Positions 19,373 to 29,471 of a stretch of DNA of 64,000 nucleotides are shown here, piece by piece. Source of the stretch: an uncultured Methanomicrobiales archaeon (lineage in GTDB: Archaea; Halobacteriota; Methanomicrobia; Methanomicrobiales; Methanospirillaceae). Made by a program: the position numbers and the translations under genes. The notes below the pieces were generated by a model. The model was not told the origin of the DNA, did not search any database, and saw only the letters and a program-made list of their open reading frames with translations. Location of the stretch: contig OY969100.1 of NCBI GenBank assembly GCA_963697895.1, positions 608,001-672,000 on the forward strand, written 5' to 3'. The first letter of the stretch is position 1, and each line of letters starts with the position of its first letter.

Positions 19373-20611
19373 ATGGAAGAAGGAACATACAGGCAGTCTC
19401 TCGGGCAGGTCGAGCTGGTAAGCCTCGGTATCGGGGGCACCATAGGATCCGGGATCTTCGTTGTGCCAGGCATTGCAGCCGGCATCATGGGACCGGCATC
19501 GCTTATCGCCTGGATTATCGTGGCCATATCTGCCACTCTGGTCATGATCTCCCTTTCCTGGGCCTCGGCAAAGTTCGGCAGGAAAGGAACCTTCTTTGCC
19601 ATATTCAATTCGGTGTTCGGAAGGAATACATCGACCGCCCTCATTCTACTCTACATTGTTTCGGCCATTTTCGGGGTGGCCACTATCGCCGCCGGTATCG
19701 GGCAGTACATTTCATTCTTCGGCATCGGGAACCTCCTGATCATCGAAATCCTGATCATCGCTGCTTTATGCATCATAAACCTCATCGGCATATCCATGTC
19801 CAGCCTTACAGAAAATACCCTGACTCTCCTGAAGATCCTTCCCCTGATTGTCATCACGCTGATCCTCCTCCCGTTCATAAAACCGGAAAATCTTGCCCCC
19901 ACCGTCCCTTTCACCTTTCTTGGCCTGTTTTCGACGATCATTATCGTCTACTGGCCATTTACTGGATTCGAGATCAGTGCGTTACCGGTCGAGGAGATGC
20001 GGGATCCGCGGATGATCGCTAAATCTCTGGGGATCGTCATGATCACCGTTGCCGCGATCTATCTCCTCCTCAACCTTGCCCTTATCGGCAGCGTGGGGAG
20101 TGAGGCTCTCGGAGCCTCACCGGCTCCCATTGCCACGGCGACCGCACTCCTGTTACCGACTTCAGGCTACCTGGTTGCGATCATTGGGATCTTTGCTATG
20201 CTTTCGGCCATGAACGCATACATTATTGCCTCTTCCCGGGTCATGCACAACCTTGCCTCCGAATATCATCTCGGGAGGCTCAGCCGACTGAACATGAAAG
20301 GAACTCCGGGACTGCCGCTCGTGATCTGTGGTATCCTGACCATCGGGATGCTGTTCTTCTCAAACGAATTCAGCACCCTCGCGATCTTATCGGTCATCAC
20401 CATACTGCTGCCCTATATTTTCTTTTGCATCGTTGCCTTCGTCTTATTCCACGAAATGGGGCGGAGACTTGTTTCAGGTATGGGTGCGATTATGACAGAC
20501 TGTGATTCTTATTCTGTTCTTCATATACCACTAAAATTTGCTCCGATGAAAGATATCCAGAATCAGAATTTAAAAATGGGAAATAAATTGATAAGACTGC
20601 ATTTAGTTTGA
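19373..20611 (+). CDS. APC family amino-acid permease (C-terminus probably frameshifted near 20500)
   Basis: GGTIGSGIF, FTGFE, EEMRDP, SSRV. The last TM helix continues in another frame (VILILFFIYH*). Confidence 0.9.
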   Translation: MEEGTYRQSLGQVELVSLGIGGTIGSGIFVVPGIAAGIMGPASLIAWIIVAISATLVMISLSWASAKFGRKGTFFAIFNSVFGRNTSTALILLYIVSAIFGVATIAAGIGQYISFFGIGNLLIIEILIIAALCIINLIGISMSSLTENTLTLLKILPLIVITLILLPFIKPENLAPTVPFTFLGLFSTIIIVYWPFTGFEISALPVEEMRDPRMIAKSLGIVMITVAAIYLLLNLALIGSVGSEALGASPAPIATATALLLPTSGYLVAIIGIFAMLSAMNAYIIASSRVMHNLASEYHLGRLSRLNMKGTPGLPLVICGILTIGMLFFSNEFSTLAILSVITILLPYIFFCIVAFVLFHEMGRRLVSGMGAIMTDCDSYSVLHIPLKFAPMKDIQNQNLKMGNKLIRLHLV

Positions 20612-20834
20612 AAAGAAAACCAGGTGATTTAAAGACTCATTTAATAAAATTGGGTTAACGAAGGAGGATACATAACTTGTGCCTATGACAGGAGGCACCA
20701 AGGACACGACAGAGCGAGTGCATACAATAGGACGCAACAGGTGCAGGATATTCAAACGTGACAATATCCGTGCAAATTATGTATTGGGATAATATCCGTT
20801 AACTTGCACGATTAATCGGTATCCTCGCCCTGTG

Positions 20835-23177
20835 TCACACCGGTTCACTCTCCTCTTTGGGAATAACGGATGCAGTGCTATCAGCATCATGTTTAGGCTT
20901 TTCAAATCTCCCGATCACTGACAGGACTGCCGGCATTACGAATATGGCGCCGATGAGAGAGAAACCGACCGCAATCAGGGTTGTAATCCCGAAGTTGCTG
21001 ATGATGGGGAATGTGGCAAGGAGGAGTGCCGAGAACCCGAAAAAAGTCGCAAGACCGGAGACGGTGATTGCAGTGCCAATTTTCTGGACACTCTCATGGA
21101 TAGCGGAAAGGTTGTCCTGCAGGCGCTCCTTCTCTTCAGAGTAACGCTCCATCACGAGGATGGTATACTCGGCCGCGACACCAATCGTCATGGACCCCAG
21201 TGTTGCCGTAAGAGGGGTGTAAGGAATTTTTAAAAGGAACATGATCACGGCATTCCATCCCACGACAAAAATAATGGGAATCATGGGAGAGACTGCGTGG
21301 AGATGCCGGTATACCAGGATCAGGAAGATAAAGACAAGGAAAAATCCCAGGTAGGTCATCATTTCTTTCGATTTTGTCAGTGATGAGAGCATCCCGGTGA
21401 ACAGATCGAAACTGCCGGTTGGCGTTACCGTCATCCCGGCCGGGGGTTCGAGGAAGGCGATATCCCGGATCATCTGTTGCTTTAAGGAATCCATCCCCGT
21501 CATTTCGAGGTCGATGGTGCTGAATTTAATGACTGCAGTCATCGAACCGGTCATGTACTGTTTCCTGATATTCTCGGGGATCTTTTCCAGAGCCGCATCG
21601 AGTGATGCCTGATTTTCCGGCATCGTGCCGCCGTTATACGCACGGATATATGTGATAATACTGGTGGCCCCGGTCAGTTCATCATGATGTGAGAGTTCGT
21701 AATCCTGGAACTCATCAATCCACCTCACCGTATCGAGATCCGATACCGGGCCCTGGACATAGAAGTCTGCTGTACTGGTCGCTCCCAGGATACGGGTCAC
21801 CTTGTCGATATTGATCTTGGCCGGCATATCGGAGGGCACAAATGCGTTCTCGTTGGTCTGGACCGGGATGAGGGGATCGATCTGGAAACCGACGAATGCG
21901 ATGCATCCCGCAATAACGAGCAGAGGTATCGGATTTTTTGCAATCTTTACCGACATATCCGTGAGAAACTGCCCGTAGGAAAAGGATTTATTTTTCCTTT
22001 TTTTGCTATTCCGGCTCTTTTTCGGAGGATCCACGATTGAATCGCAGGCTTCCGTCCCTACTGCGTAACACTGGCCGGTTGCAGGTTCCTTGGGCTTATA
22101 TTTCAGGAGGAGGCCGAGCGTGGGCATGCCGATGCAGGAGACCCAGTAGGTGGTAAATATGCCGATAATGGCCACCAGGCCGAACGATCGGATCATGGGG
22201 ACGTCCGAGATGAACATTGCTAAAAATCCCATGCACGTGGCAAGCATCGCGTACAGGACGGCGGGGCCGGTCCGGGTAACGGTCTTGAACACCGCATCCT
22301 CAAGCGTTCCCTTCCGTGCCTCTTCGTCAAACCGGGCATGGAACTGGATCGCATAATCGATGCCGAGCCCGATCAGGACCGGAAAAGCGCCGATCACCGC
22401 CATATTCAACCCTACCCCGAAAAGGCCCATCAGTCCGAGGGACGTCGTGAGCCCGATTCCCACGAGCAGGACCGGCATGAACCGGTACCGGACATAGGCA
22501 AAGAGAATCCCCATCACGATGATCATCAGGATCATCGCCCCACCGATGAGCAGTCCCATATTCGCCACCAGGCCTTCCTGCATCTGCTGGGAAAACGCAG
22601 GCGAGCCGGATATTTCCACCTTTACTCCGGGAGGCCCTGGCGAGTAATCCACGATCGAATTCACATTGTCCAGTGCGGACTGCTTTGCCCCGGTCGACAG
22701 GCCTTCATCGAGCTGGATCTGGACGAGGGTCATAATATTCGACGGCACTACCATGGCGCGGATATCGGGGGGGAGCGAGGCGACGATCCGATCGACTTCT
22801 GCCGATGATGCAGGAAGCGTTCCTCCATTGGCGCTTTTTAAGACATCGACAATGCTGTTGGTCCCTTTGATATTTTGCTGCTGCCTGAAATCCGTTTCGA
22901 GATTGTCGATATATGCGAGGGTATCCGGGTTGAGCGGATCGGATGTTTCGATGATGAGGATGATCGAATCGGCCTGGAACTGATCCGAGTATTCGGAATA
23001 GATGATCCCTTTTTGTGAATTTTTATCAAGGTAGGTCTCCGATCCGGTCTGCATGGAGAGCTGAGTCATGCCAAAGACGGCGACACAGAAGATGACACAA
23101 ACCAGCGCTGCAACCAGCAGCGGCCTCCGGTTGATCGTTCGCGCGATGCCTTCAAAGATGGTTGCTATGATTCCCAT
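20835..23177 (-). CDS. RND superfamily (HAE3/MMPL) transporter
   Basis: GLGIDYAIQFHARFDEE, GVAAEYTILVMERY; two-fold 1+5 TM repeat. Confidence 0.93.
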   Translation of the reverse strand: MGIIATIFEGIARTINRRPLLVAALVCVIFCVAVFGMTQLSMQTGSETYLDKNSQKGIIYSEYSDQFQADSIILIIETSDPLNPDTLAYIDNLETDFRQQQNIKGTNSIVDVLKSANGGTLPASSAEVDRIVASLPPDIRAMVVPSNIMTLVQIQLDEGLSTGAKQSALDNVNSIVDYSPGPPGVKVEISGSPAFSQQMQEGLVANMGLLIGGAMILMIIVMGILFAYVRYRFMPVLLVGIGLTTSLGLMGLFGVGLNMAVIGAFPVLIGLGIDYAIQFHARFDEEARKGTLEDAVFKTVTRTGPAVLYAMLATCMGFLAMFISDVPMIRSFGLVAIIGIFTTYWVSCIGMPTLGLLLKYKPKEPATGQCYAVGTEACDSIVDPPKKSRNSKKRKNKSFSYGQFLTDMSVKIAKNPIPLLVIAGCIAFVGFQIDPLIPVQTNENAFVPSDMPAKINIDKVTRILGATSTADFYVQGPVSDLDTVRWIDEFQDYELSHHDELTGATSIITYIRAYNGGTMPENQASLDAALEKIPENIRKQYMTGSMTAVIKFSTIDLEMTGMDSLKQQMIRDIAFLEPPAGMTVTPTGSFDLFTGMLSSLTKSKEMMTYLGFFLVFIFLILVYRHLHAVSPMIPIIFVVGWNAVIMFLLKIPYTPLTATLGSMTIGVAAEYTILVMERYSEEKERLQDNLSAIHESVQKIGTAITVSGLATFFGFSALLLATFPIISNFGITTLIAVGFSLIGAIFVMPAVLSVIGRFEKPKHDADSTASVIPKEESEPV

Positions 23178-23273
23178 TCATGAGTCCCCTGCTGTATGTA
23201 TCGCTCGCGTTTTATCTTATTTGAGCACCATAGTATTCAGATTTAAATTTCCGCCCGGATGGGCGGCATTTAT

Positions 23274-24650
23274 CTAGGAGCGATCCCGACGCCGCCGCCA
23301 GAGCCAGTACCCGCTTCCCAGGATACCTACTGCTATAATGCCCAGGACAAGAGGATTTACCAGTATCGTCGCAATACCGGAATCTTTGACCACGGTTATC
23401 CGGAGTTTGAAGGGGTCGGATACCACGCTGTTGTCCAGGGCGTCCCTGAACCGTACCTCCGAATCAAGCCCGTATTCCTTTGGGGTCGCCGCTCCATCGA
23501 CAGAGATATCAAAGGACGCCTCCTTCGTCTCCCCCGGTGCGAGGGTGCCCAGATATGCGGTGTCATCACTGCTGGTGAACGGGTCGACGGCACTGATGCG
23601 GGCCTGGGCGCTGTAGACGGTGGCACCGCCGGTGTTCTGGTATTGAACGGTAATTATCTTTTTCTGGCCCGGCGAGACTTCAATAGGACCGGAAAGGACG
23701 GTAAATGCCACCTTTTCACCGACCGGAATTCCGATGGTCGTTGGGTCGGTATCGACCACATCTCCTTCCCCATTCTCGTAGTTGATGTATACATCAAGCG
23801 GATAGGTTTTGCTCTCGGCATCCTTGTTCACGGAGATCTTAAATTGAGTCGTTACCTCCGCCCCTTGCGGGAAATCACCGATATACGTGCTGCTGTCCGT
23901 CGGGATGACAGGGCTGTTGTCATTGCGGGCGATCTTCAGGATTGCTTTTTTCCCGTCTTCCTGCCCGGTGTTTTGTATCACGAGGTTCAGGTACCCTTCC
24001 GTTCCTGCATTCATATATTCTGTATCGGATGATATAATGGAGAACTGAAGTTCCTGCCTGATTTTGACCGGGAGCAGGAGCGTCTCATTCACTGTCCGGT
24101 ACATATACTGGATGCTGTCCGTCCCGTACTGATCTGCCTCCCACAGGTAGGTGTACCGGATGTTAAGGGGAAGATCATAGGTGCCGAATGTCGCATTCCG
24201 GGGGATTTTTACATCAAACTTCACCAGGGTGCTGCTTCCACCCGTGATGTCTCCTATCATCTGGGGATCGCTTTTTATGACGAGTGGGGAGTCTCCTGAA
24301 CCCAACGCCAGGGTTACCAGCTTGGCAGTATTCGGCAGGTCATCCCGGTCGATTATACCTGACTGGACGAATTTAAATTCGTTGAGTCCGTTATTCTGGA
24401 GCCGCACCGAGATGACCGCATCGTCGCCCGGCACGAATTCATTCGTTCCCGAGACGGCTGCAGTAGACTCGGGTGAGCCGGCCATGTATTTTACACCGGC
24501 ACTTGCGGGGGAGATCACGATGAATGCAAGTACGATCGAGATGAGGATTCCGAACCCCAAAAGTCTGTACCGTGAACCTGGTCTGGTGTTGCCGGGAAAT
24601 AAAGTCTGATTGAGGGCATTTGATCCCGTTGTTTTCTCTTTTCTGAACAT
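23274..24650 (-). CDS. COG1361-type S-layer domain protein
   Basis: Signal peptide, Ig-like repeats (IGDI, YIGDF, AYLGTLAPGE), C-terminal TM plus RRRR; co-oriented with the RND gene. Confidence 0.88.
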   Translation of the reverse strand: MFRKEKTTGSNALNQTLFPGNTRPGSRYRLLGFGILISIVLAFIVISPASAGVKYMAGSPESTAAVSGTNEFVPGDDAVISVRLQNNGLNEFKFVQSGIIDRDDLPNTAKLVTLALGSGDSPLVIKSDPQMIGDITGGSSTLVKFDVKIPRNATFGTYDLPLNIRYTYLWEADQYGTDSIQYMYRTVNETLLLPVKIRQELQFSIISSDTEYMNAGTEGYLNLVIQNTGQEDGKKAILKIARNDNSPVIPTDSSTYIGDFPQGAEVTTQFKISVNKDAESKTYPLDVYINYENGEGDVVDTDPTTIGIPVGEKVAFTVLSGPIEVSPGQKKIITVQYQNTGGATVYSAQARISAVDPFTSSDDTAYLGTLAPGETKEASFDISVDGAATPKEYGLDSEVRFRDALDNSVVSDPFKLRITVVKDSGIATILVNPLVLGIIAVGILGSGYWLWRRRRDRS

Positions 24651-24666
24651 CTTTGCATCCTCTTGG

Positions 24667-24688
24667 AGTAATAAAAATTTTTACTACT
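24667..24688. promoter_or_regulatory. Palindromic operator C upstream of S-layer/RND operon
   Basis: AGTAATAAA-AATT-TTTACTACT, same consensus as 15393 and 15463. Confidence 0.55.
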
Positions 24689-24785
24689 AATGTATCTACC
24701 CATGTTTGCTGGGAACTTTAAAAAAAGTATCTGTGGTTAAAGTAAAAGTTATCAATCTGATCAGGATGGAGATGAGGATCTTACT

Positions 24786-25080
24786 GAAGATCCTTTTCGT
24801 GCTGCGCCAGGAACCCTGTATCTCCCCGAAAACGGCCCCAAAAGACGCCTCGCCCCTGTGGTATCGGGGGTATATCTTTTATCGGATGGTCTGCGATATC
24901 CCCGATTTTATCCTCGTGCTGAAGGGGCGCTATTTAGCACGTTTTTGGGCGGCGATTATCGTTTATTTTCGTTAAAGGGCGGATTGTATCGATGATTTTG
25001 AGGGCGGTGTTCAGGGGTTTTCTGAGAGGGGGATAGAGACTCCATATTTTCGGGAAAATACGCCCGAATCTGGGTTATTT
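24786..25080. repeat. Dispersed ~300-bp intergenic element, copy 4 of 5
   Basis: GAAGATCC / ATCTTTTATCGGATGG / GATATCC / GGGGCGCTATTTAGCACG / GGATTGTATCGAT / GCGGTGTTCAGG / GGAAAATAC / GGGTTATTT. Its right end coincides with the start of AT-rich DNA. Confidence 0.9.
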
Positions 25081-25211
25081 GGATATAATAAGAGCAATAT
25101 CTATTAAGAAGTGAGGGTTCCTATTAAAGCTGTTTAGAAGTTTTTTGTTGAAGAAGAAGAGGAAAATCGTACAAAATAAAATAATAAATGCGATGATATT
25201 ACATTCTTATG

Positions 25212-25712
25212 TCATTTACTCTTTCCGTTTGTTGATTTTAATAAGTTATTCAGTTCTTTTTCTATTATTTCATCAGTTACTCCATATTGCCTTTCCAAAT
25301 TACGACATATTTCTGTGAGTTGAGTGTCAACACTTTCAAGTGATAAATTTATTTCTTCAAGTTCTTCTACCATAAATTCTCGTCCATCTTCAGTATTCAT
25401 CTGGATTGCTCGATCCCAAAAATAATGATGTGTAAGCCAATTTCTTTTGTCCAAAGCTTCTCGTATTGTTACTTCAAATTTATCGGAAATCTCTATTTTT
25501 TGGGTTAAATGTTTAATTAAATGACCTAATGTTTTATGGAAATAAGAATTTAGTAAAATATCATATGAGAGGTGAATCTCTTTGTCGCGTTCTTGAAAAT
25601 CTAATATTATTAAAAGAATCCCCAGCTGACGTTCAATACATTGGTTAAAATAGATTGCACTACCGAATAGAGCATAAATTTCTTTTATTTCCTCTTCAAC
25701 ATGGGAATTCAT
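25212..25712 (-). CDS. Helical HEPN-like protein
   Basis: TLGHLI followed by LDKRNWLTHHYF (RxxxxH RNase motif). Confidence 0.7.
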   Translation of the reverse strand: MNSHVEEEIKEIYALFGSAIYFNQCIERQLGILLIILDFQERDKEIHLSYDILLNSYFHKTLGHLIKHLTQKIEISDKFEVTIREALDKRNWLTHHYFWDRAIQMNTEDGREFMVEELEEINLSLESVDTQLTEICRNLERQYGVTDEIIEKELNNLLKSTNGKSK

Positions 25713-25910
25713 GAATATTAGAGTATTATGGCAGACTAATATTTTTTTGGGTGATGCTTACTTATGGGATTCATATCTTAATCGAAACGAACCCGTCTGT
25801 ATTATTTCACCAATCGAAAGTAAGTTTAGGGTATTATTGATTGGCAAGATCTGATCCATTTTTTTCTCAACCTGAATTCTTTTGTAAATACGAGATTACA
25901 TTTTGTTTAT

Positions 25911-27575
25911 TCATCTCGATCGTAGTTTGTCAATTGTTTTTTTGATTTCTTTCGGGATACAGTTTGTTTTAATCATTTCCTTTGCAACATACTTTCCTAT
26001 TCGGGGTTTACTATTACCAACTACTTTTTGAGCATCTTGCCGGAGGGTTTCTGGAAGGATTGCCTCAAAGTCTTGTTTTAAAATATAAGTTTTTTCTCTC
26101 CGATATTTGATTGGAATTTTTCTTAATTCTTCTTCTGCATCGCCATCTGCAAGCATTAAATATGGAATTTGAAAACTCTCACACAATTGTGCAAAAATGG
26201 AAAAGTTCGATTTTCCATTTACGTTTATAATACTGATTCCATTTTCATCAAATGGATACCACAATTTTTTTGCAAAAATAGGGATTGCTCCATACTCAGT
26301 TGGTCCCTCAACAAGCAAAACTTTTCGAGCAAAAAACAATTCTCTACTATCAACATCTAATAAATGTTCAAATTTTAAATAATCAATATCATTGAAAAAT
26401 TTATCCGGCAATGTAAAGATTTTTGTTTGAGCATTTTCCTGAACGAATCTAAATATTTTATGGGTCTTATCAATCTTTATAAAATAGGGTGAGTGAGTTA
26501 TGAGTATTATTTGCATATCTTTAGATTCATCGATAACTGCTGCCAAACTTCGCGCCGCATGAGGATGCAAATGGAGCTCCGGATGATCTACAATGATTAT
26601 CTTTCCCTTATGTGCGATTATATGCGTTATCAGGAGTAAGGATTCCAATATCCCTGCACCAATAAAATACGTTGTCGATTCCACACCGGATTTTTGTGTA
26701 TGGATTTTAATTTCATCATTTTCTTTTATGACATCTAATTCGAGATTTGAGAATATTTTGTGAAATTTTTCTCGTATCTTTTCAAATTTTTGTTTGTCTT
26801 TGGGGCGTCCGTTTTTTAAATTAAATAAGATGCTTGCTAGACTTCCGCCTGTTGGCGACACCAATGACGGATTCAATTCTTGATCGGGTTTTTCACGATA
26901 CTCATCGATAGAAATAATATTTTCCTTTAGAAAATTAAGAAACAATTTAGGAATGGGTTTTTCAAATAAGATTTGGACAGATGATATATCAATTTTTGAT
27001 GCGATTCGATCCTCCTCCAATTTTTTAGATTCTTCCCACTTCAAAAAAAATAGATCTCTAATTGATTTTTCGAATGATTCAATTCTTCCAAGATTAACTA
27101 ATTCTCTCCAAATAACACCATACTGAGCTTTGACGACTTCCGCATCACCTACAGTACCAGAGTTATTTATTATACGCATTTTTCCGAGAATAAAATGCGA
27201 GTCTGGTCGATCCGTTGGAGTCTTAATCAATATCTTATAAAATAATTGATTAGAGAATAATTTTTTAAATTCTTCATTTGATACGTTTATCGGCTCAAAA
27301 AAGGTTTTAATCTTAGATATTTCGTCATCGTTAAAAAGAATATTTAAGGAAAATTCAATGGTCTTGTTTTGATCGCTTTTATACCAATTTTCAGCATCCC
27401 ATGGAATTGACGAATCGACATCCAAATTTATCATCATTTTAATTGCTTCAAAAATGGATGATTTTCCTACATTGTTTTCCCCAATAAAAATTGTAGAGCC
27501 TAAGGGTAATGAAAATTCCAGTCCTTTCTCCCCAATCGATCGAAAATTTTTAATGAATATCTTTTGTATTTGCAT
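25911..27575 (-). CDS. OLD-family ATP-dependent endonuclease (ABC-ATPase + TOPRIM)
   Basis: IKNFRSI, GENNVGKS, IIVDHPELHLHP, ITHSP, LFFARKVLLVEGPTE, LADGD, SKPRIG. Confidence 0.9.
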   Translation of the reverse strand: MQIQKIFIKNFRSIGEKGLEFSLPLGSTIFIGENNVGKSSIFEAIKMMINLDVDSSIPWDAENWYKSDQNKTIEFSLNILFNDDEISKIKTFFEPINVSNEEFKKLFSNQLFYKILIKTPTDRPDSHFILGKMRIINNSGTVGDAEVVKAQYGVIWRELVNLGRIESFEKSIRDLFFLKWEESKKLEEDRIASKIDISSVQILFEKPIPKLFLNFLKENIISIDEYREKPDQELNPSLVSPTGGSLASILFNLKNGRPKDKQKFEKIREKFHKIFSNLELDVIKENDEIKIHTQKSGVESTTYFIGAGILESLLLITHIIAHKGKIIIVDHPELHLHPHAARSLAAVIDESKDMQIILITHSPYFIKIDKTHKIFRFVQENAQTKIFTLPDKFFNDIDYLKFEHLLDVDSRELFFARKVLLVEGPTEYGAIPIFAKKLWYPFDENGISIINVNGKSNFSIFAQLCESFQIPYLMLADGDAEEELRKIPIKYRREKTYILKQDFEAILPETLRQDAQKVVGNSKPRIGKYVAKEMIKTNCIPKEIKKTIDKLRSR

Positions 27576-27749
27576 TAAACGTCGTTTCCCTGTTCAGTTA
27601 TTGCTTCGTCATTCCTTATTTTTATTTGCCTGCCTGGACTGTCGCCATCCGATAGCAATTGTATTTGTAGAACACCATTTTACAAAAGAATCAGAAATAC
27701 ATTAAATAATAAAAAAATGGATAGAAATGATAAATAATGAAAGTTATCG

Positions 27750-29024
27750 GTGATTTTGATGGGGGTTAAACGTGATGATTTAGTAAAGGAACTATTATCT
27801 ACCTTGGAATTTAGTGCGAAAGGTGTAATAATCAAAGGAGCTGAAAATGTAGCATCATATCAAATACTGTCGAATTCTCTAATGTCTGAATTAATTAGGG
27901 ATGGTTATGATGGAAAATTAAATAGAATTCGTTACAAACTACCAGTACCTCGGGGATCTAATATTTCTTTTCCCTTTATATCTTCTTTGAGAAAGTTGCA
28001 TGAAAGTGGCAATCAATCTTATTCTCATCTTAAGGGTTTAATTGATGAGGAAATCTCACAAATCGAAGTTAATGTTCCTATTGAAAAATTCTCTATTTAT
28101 TTTCAAATTGGAGTTACTTTCGATACAAAATTAAAACCGGTAATAATTCAGGACACTTCATTCAATATTTTACAGTTCCAAGATCTTGAACAATTAATGA
28201 AAGATCCAGAATTAATAAGCAAAACAGCAGAAATTATGAAGTCAGAAGGATTCGATATCATCTTTAAGGACTTTTCATATCTGTTTACGGAAATCTATGC
28301 AAGAAATGAAGATTATGCAATTGCACATACTCTTGAAAATGCAAATTCATTAGTATCAATTTTAACATATCAGAAATATTGGAATCAAGAATCAATCACT
28401 GCTTTAGGAATTCCTTCTTCGTATACAAATTTAGATATAAATGCGATTTTCGTTTTTAAAGATTCGAAGTTCATTAATATTCATTATACACCCTCTACTT
28501 CAAAAATGACCAACATATCATTTAACAACAGTGAAATTAAAAAAATAGAGGAATTTAATAATAGATTACAAAATGCTCATGACAAAAATAAAGATATTAT
28601 CCTTCAAGCTTTGAATGTTTATCATATAGGTCTAACCGAAGAACGCATGGGGATCGCTCTTTTTAATTTCTGGGTTGCCATTGAGAAGATATGCCTTAAA
28701 AATGAAAGCATAACGGAAAATGAAGTTAAAAAACGTGTCTCCACCTTTTTAAATCCTGATGATGAATACCCATTAGACCGACTTTATGAACTTCGGAATC
28801 AAATTGCGCATCACTCTGCTTATGAATTGGTAAATCAATATGATCGAAATTTAATAAAGCTAATATCTGGTATCTCAATTCATTTCTTTTTAATATATTT
28901 GGCACAATTTCATCCACAGGAAATACAAAAAATATTTGTTTTTTTAAAGGATGATAATTCTCAACTTATTAGAGATAAAGAATATATTGATTATATTTTA
29001 AAAATTAGAAAAAACCATCGATAA
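27750..29024 (+). CDS. ApeA-like HEPN domain protein
   Basis: C-terminal LFNFWVAIEKI ... LYELRNQIAHH pattern. Start may be the ATG at 27759. Confidence 0.72.
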   Translation: MILMGVKRDDLVKELLSTLEFSAKGVIIKGAENVASYQILSNSLMSELIRDGYDGKLNRIRYKLPVPRGSNISFPFISSLRKLHESGNQSYSHLKGLIDEEISQIEVNVPIEKFSIYFQIGVTFDTKLKPVIIQDTSFNILQFQDLEQLMKDPELISKTAEIMKSEGFDIIFKDFSYLFTEIYARNEDYAIAHTLENANSLVSILTYQKYWNQESITALGIPSSYTNLDINAIFVFKDSKFINIHYTPSTSKMTNISFNNSEIKKIEEFNNRLQNAHDKNKDIILQALNVYHIGLTEERMGIALFNFWVAIEKICLKNESITENEVKKRVSTFLNPDDEYPLDRLYELRNQIAHHSAYELVNQYDRNLIKLISGISIHFFLIYLAQFHPQEIQKIFVFLKDDNSQLIRDKEYIDYILKIRKNHR

Positions 29025-29190
29025 AAAGTTTTCTTTTGCGATTAATATTATTCAAAATTGAGTATGTTGTTAGAAAGATGTCTCGAAGTAATAAAGGGCA
29101 GGCATGTCATTTTTTATTCATATTTAATGGAGCATAAAAATATTGGATTATACATAAATAATACGTATAAACGGGATCATTCGGATTATC

Positions 29191-29440
29191 CCGAATCGGC
29201 CTAAACAATCCTTCTTTGCGGTTTTGGAGGCCGTAATTTTTATCGGATGTTCTATGATATTCCTGATTTCACCCTCGTGCTGGAGGAGCGCTAGTAAGCA
29301 CCTTTTTAGGCAGCGATTGTCATTCTTTTTGGTTAAAGGAAGGATTATATCGTTGATTTTGAGAGCGTGTTCAGGGGTTTCCGGGTAGAGGCAAGGTAAT
29401 ACCCATTTTTTGGAAAAATACGGTGAAAAAAGCATTTCGG
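29191..29440. repeat. Dispersed intergenic element, copy 5 of 5 (ends eroded)
   Basis: TTTTATCGGATG / GATATTCC / TGGAGGAGCGCTAGTAAGCACC / GGATTATATCG / GTGTTCAGG / GGAAAAATAC. A GC-richer patch embedded in AT-rich DNA. Confidence 0.85.
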
Positions 29441-29471
29441 ATTTGATGAGGGGGTTAGCCCGTCACTAAAT

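Noticed and set aside
29148-29435. ORFs overlapping the dispersed element (29148-29435, 2351-2602, 10908-11186, 16353-16658, 24706-24975) as a repeated small protein family
   Set aside because: Frames and strands differ between copies, and the equivalent frames contain stops (e.g. minus-strand APLQ* in copy 1). The peptide similarity just mirrors the DNA repeat.
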